Below, one piece after another: positions 62,398 to 64,000 of a stretch of 64,000 bases of DNA; within the stretch, counting starts at the first letter, position 1, and the number at the start of each line of letters is the position of its first letter. The notes under the pieces were generated by a model that saw only the letters and a list, made by a program, of their open reading frames with translations, did no database searches and had not been told where the DNA came from. This DNA comes from Candidatus Saccharimonadales bacterium. Lineage in GTDB: Bacteria > Patescibacteriota > Saccharimonadia > Saccharimonadales > 2-12-FULL-41-12. Both the position numbers and the translations under genes were made by a program. Where the stretch lies: positions 471,468 to 535,467 of the forward strand of contig JANWLD010000001.1 of assembly GCA_025451045.1 (NCBI GenBank), given 5' to 3'.

Positions 62398-63522
62398 TCA
62401 ATCAAGGTATATCTCAAGTAGCTTGGAGCCGATAATGTCTACGTCAAAAGCTTTTACCAGTTCTTGTTGCTCGGCATGTATTTTGCTGGCAAGAGTCTTA
62501 TTCTTGATTAGTTTGTCGAGCTTGTCGCTTAGCTCTATTGGATTTTTCGGGTCGAATAGGCAATCTTCTAATCCAGCGAGTACGCTAGAATAACCGGGGT
62601 TATTTCCGGCAAGTACTACACCGGCGTTCGCCGCCATCGCTTCAATCAGGACTATACCAAAACTTTCACCGGACAGGGCAGGAAAGACTGCGAAATCAGC
62701 CAAGTTTAAGAACTTCACTTTGTCTTTTTCACTAACAAAACCATGCATGGTAGTGATATTTTTCAACTTTGTCGAATTTATAAAATCCTCTAGTTTTTTC
62801 CGCTCAGTGCCATCACCGCAAATATGCAATTTTATATTCGAAGGACCATTTTCTTCAACGAGGTTGTTCACAGCTTTCAACAGCTCCATACAGCCTTTGC
62901 GCGGTACTAATCGGCCCAGGAATACAATATTTATAACCCCATCGTCTTTTTTGCCCTCGCTTTTAAATTTGGACAAGTCGACCGGATTTGGCAAAACTTG
63001 ACTGTCTATGCCATAAACCTGTTTGGCAAATTTTTGCGCCGGAGCTGAAACGCTTAAAAATTTATCAAACTTCTTTAGGCTAAATCTAAGTGTTTTAGCG
63101 AGTAATTTGTTGCCAAAATATTGTAGTTTGCCTACTGGCAGTACATGAAAGGTTGCTATTATCTTTGTCTTATCATCTGCAAAACGCACTACTCTTCCTG
63201 CTAAAAACGGGCTGTATGGCATCTGGACATGCAAAATATCAAACTTTTCTTTCAGTAAAACTCGTTTTATCTCAGTTTTAGAAGCAGGCAAAGGAGTCGA
63301 GAGAGTGTTTCCATTAAAACGAACCTTTAAGTTTTTAGACAGCGGAAGGAGGCCTTTTATATCAGTTCTGGTCGTCTGACCCGTTAGATAACGTACTTCA
63401 TGCCCCTGCTTTTTAAGCCACCCGCCAAGAGTAAGGACATATTGTTGTACACCGTCAGGCTTATCCATTCCGTCATCGATTATAAAGCCTACTTTTAAGC
63501 TCTTATTGGTGCTTTTTTTCAT
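62398..63522 (-). CDS. Glycosyltransferase family 4 (GT-B)
   Basis: 374 aa with the C-terminal ESFGIVLIEAMAANAGVV motif typical of GT4. Confidence 0.88.
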   Translation of the reverse strand: MKKSTNKSLKVGFIIDDGMDKPDGVQQYVLTLGGWLKKQGHEVRYLTGQTTRTDIKGLLPLSKNLKVRFNGNTLSTPLPASKTEIKRVLLKEKFDILHVQMPYSPFLAGRVVRFADDKTKIIATFHVLPVGKLQYFGNKLLAKTLRFSLKKFDKFLSVSAPAQKFAKQVYGIDSQVLPNPVDLSKFKSEGKKDDGVINIVFLGRLVPRKGCMELLKAVNNLVEENGPSNIKLHICGDGTERKKLEDFINSTKLKNITTMHGFVSEKDKVKFLNLADFAVFPALSGESFGIVLIEAMAANAGVVLAGNNPGYSSVLAGLEDCLFDPKNPIELSDKLDKLIKNKTLASKIHAEQQELVKAFDVDIIGSKLLEIYLD

Positions 63523-64000
63523 AAGCCAGCTGATAAAGTTTTACATACTGGGCCACTATATTACTGTAGCTGTATTTTTCCACTTCATTTTTGGCCCAAT
63601 TCAACCAATGTTCGCGCAAGCCGTCGTCCGAAGCCATCAATAGCAAGCGCCGGGCAAATTCCTTAGTATCTTTGGGGCTAACCAATGAAATCTGGCCGCT
63701 GCCGGTCAGCACGCTTTCATAACCGGCGTTAGAACCTGCTACAGTTACACAGCCGGCGGCCATCGCTTCGAGCAGGACTATACCGAAGCTTTCACCGTAC
63801 ATTGCCGGAGAACAAAAAACATCGGAAGTCTGTAACAACCGGATTTTTTCAGCGTCGTCAATATGGCCTAAAAAGTCAATATTGCTAATCTTAGCTTGTT
63901 TTATCTGCTCTTTCAGATTGTCCTTTTCCGGGCCTTCGCCGACTATCAGCAGACGGTACTGTTTGTGGACTTGATTGATTATCCCGAAAGCTTCTATCAG
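63503..64000 (-). CDS. Glycosyltransferase family 4, paralog (5' end outside the window)
   Basis: The frame stays open to base 64000, upstream of the track Met at 63838. It carries the GESFGIVLLEAMAAGCV motif and overlaps the downstream GT4 gene by 20 nt. Confidence 0.85.
   Translation of the reverse strand: MIEAFGIINQVHKQYRLLIVGEGPEKDNLKEQIKQAKISNIDFLGHIDDAEKIRLLQTSDVFCSPAMYGESFGIVLLEAMAAGCVTVAGSNAGYESVLTGSGQISLVSPKDTKEFARRLLLMASDDGLREHWLNWAKNEVEKYSYSNIVAQYVKLYQLAYEKKHQ

Overview
This 64-kb window is a compact, almost entirely coding bacterial chromosome segment dominated by the transcription and translation core. In order it carries: rpoB (5' partial)-rpoC; rpsL-rpsG-fusA; a reverse-strand shikimate operon (aroA~aroK fusion, aroE, aroD, aroC); tuf-rpsJ; then the S10/spc/alpha ribosomal-protein superoperon through rplQ-rplM-rpsI. 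After that come trpS, a pseudouridine synthase, holB, glnA, membrane proteins, and a rearranged tRNA cluster (Tyr, Thr, Thr, Trp) with a LAGLIDADG-like ORF. The window continues with rpmG, a kinase/DUF45 pair, a histidine kinase, and secE-nusG-rplK-rplA. A dcd plus tmk~thyX fusion module separates rplA from rplJ-rplL. The rest is dnaX, dnaB, ybaB, recR, nrnA-like, cysS, a permease and two GT4 glycosyltransferases. L30, adk and map are absent from the spc operon, L36 and L33 lack cysteines, and many proteins carry charged tails. These traits suggest a reduced Patescibacteria/CPR-like (possibly Saccharibacteria-like) genome, which is inference only. The most unusual content falls below the ORF-track cutoff. 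Two families of structured repeat elements sit exactly in intercistronic junctions of the r-protein operons: family A in four copies and family B in two copies, plus a non-coding third copy of the family B stem between two tRNAs. Each junction copy is an open, stop/start-coupled mini-cistron of 39-44 codons. The family B terminal stem covaries between copies and pairs with the downstream Shine-Dalgarno. In addition, two paralogous small ORFs are inserted at rpsG|fusA and rplB|rpsS, and a glycine-zipper micro-protein sits at nusG|rplK. No CRISPR array, rRNA gene or transposase was seen.
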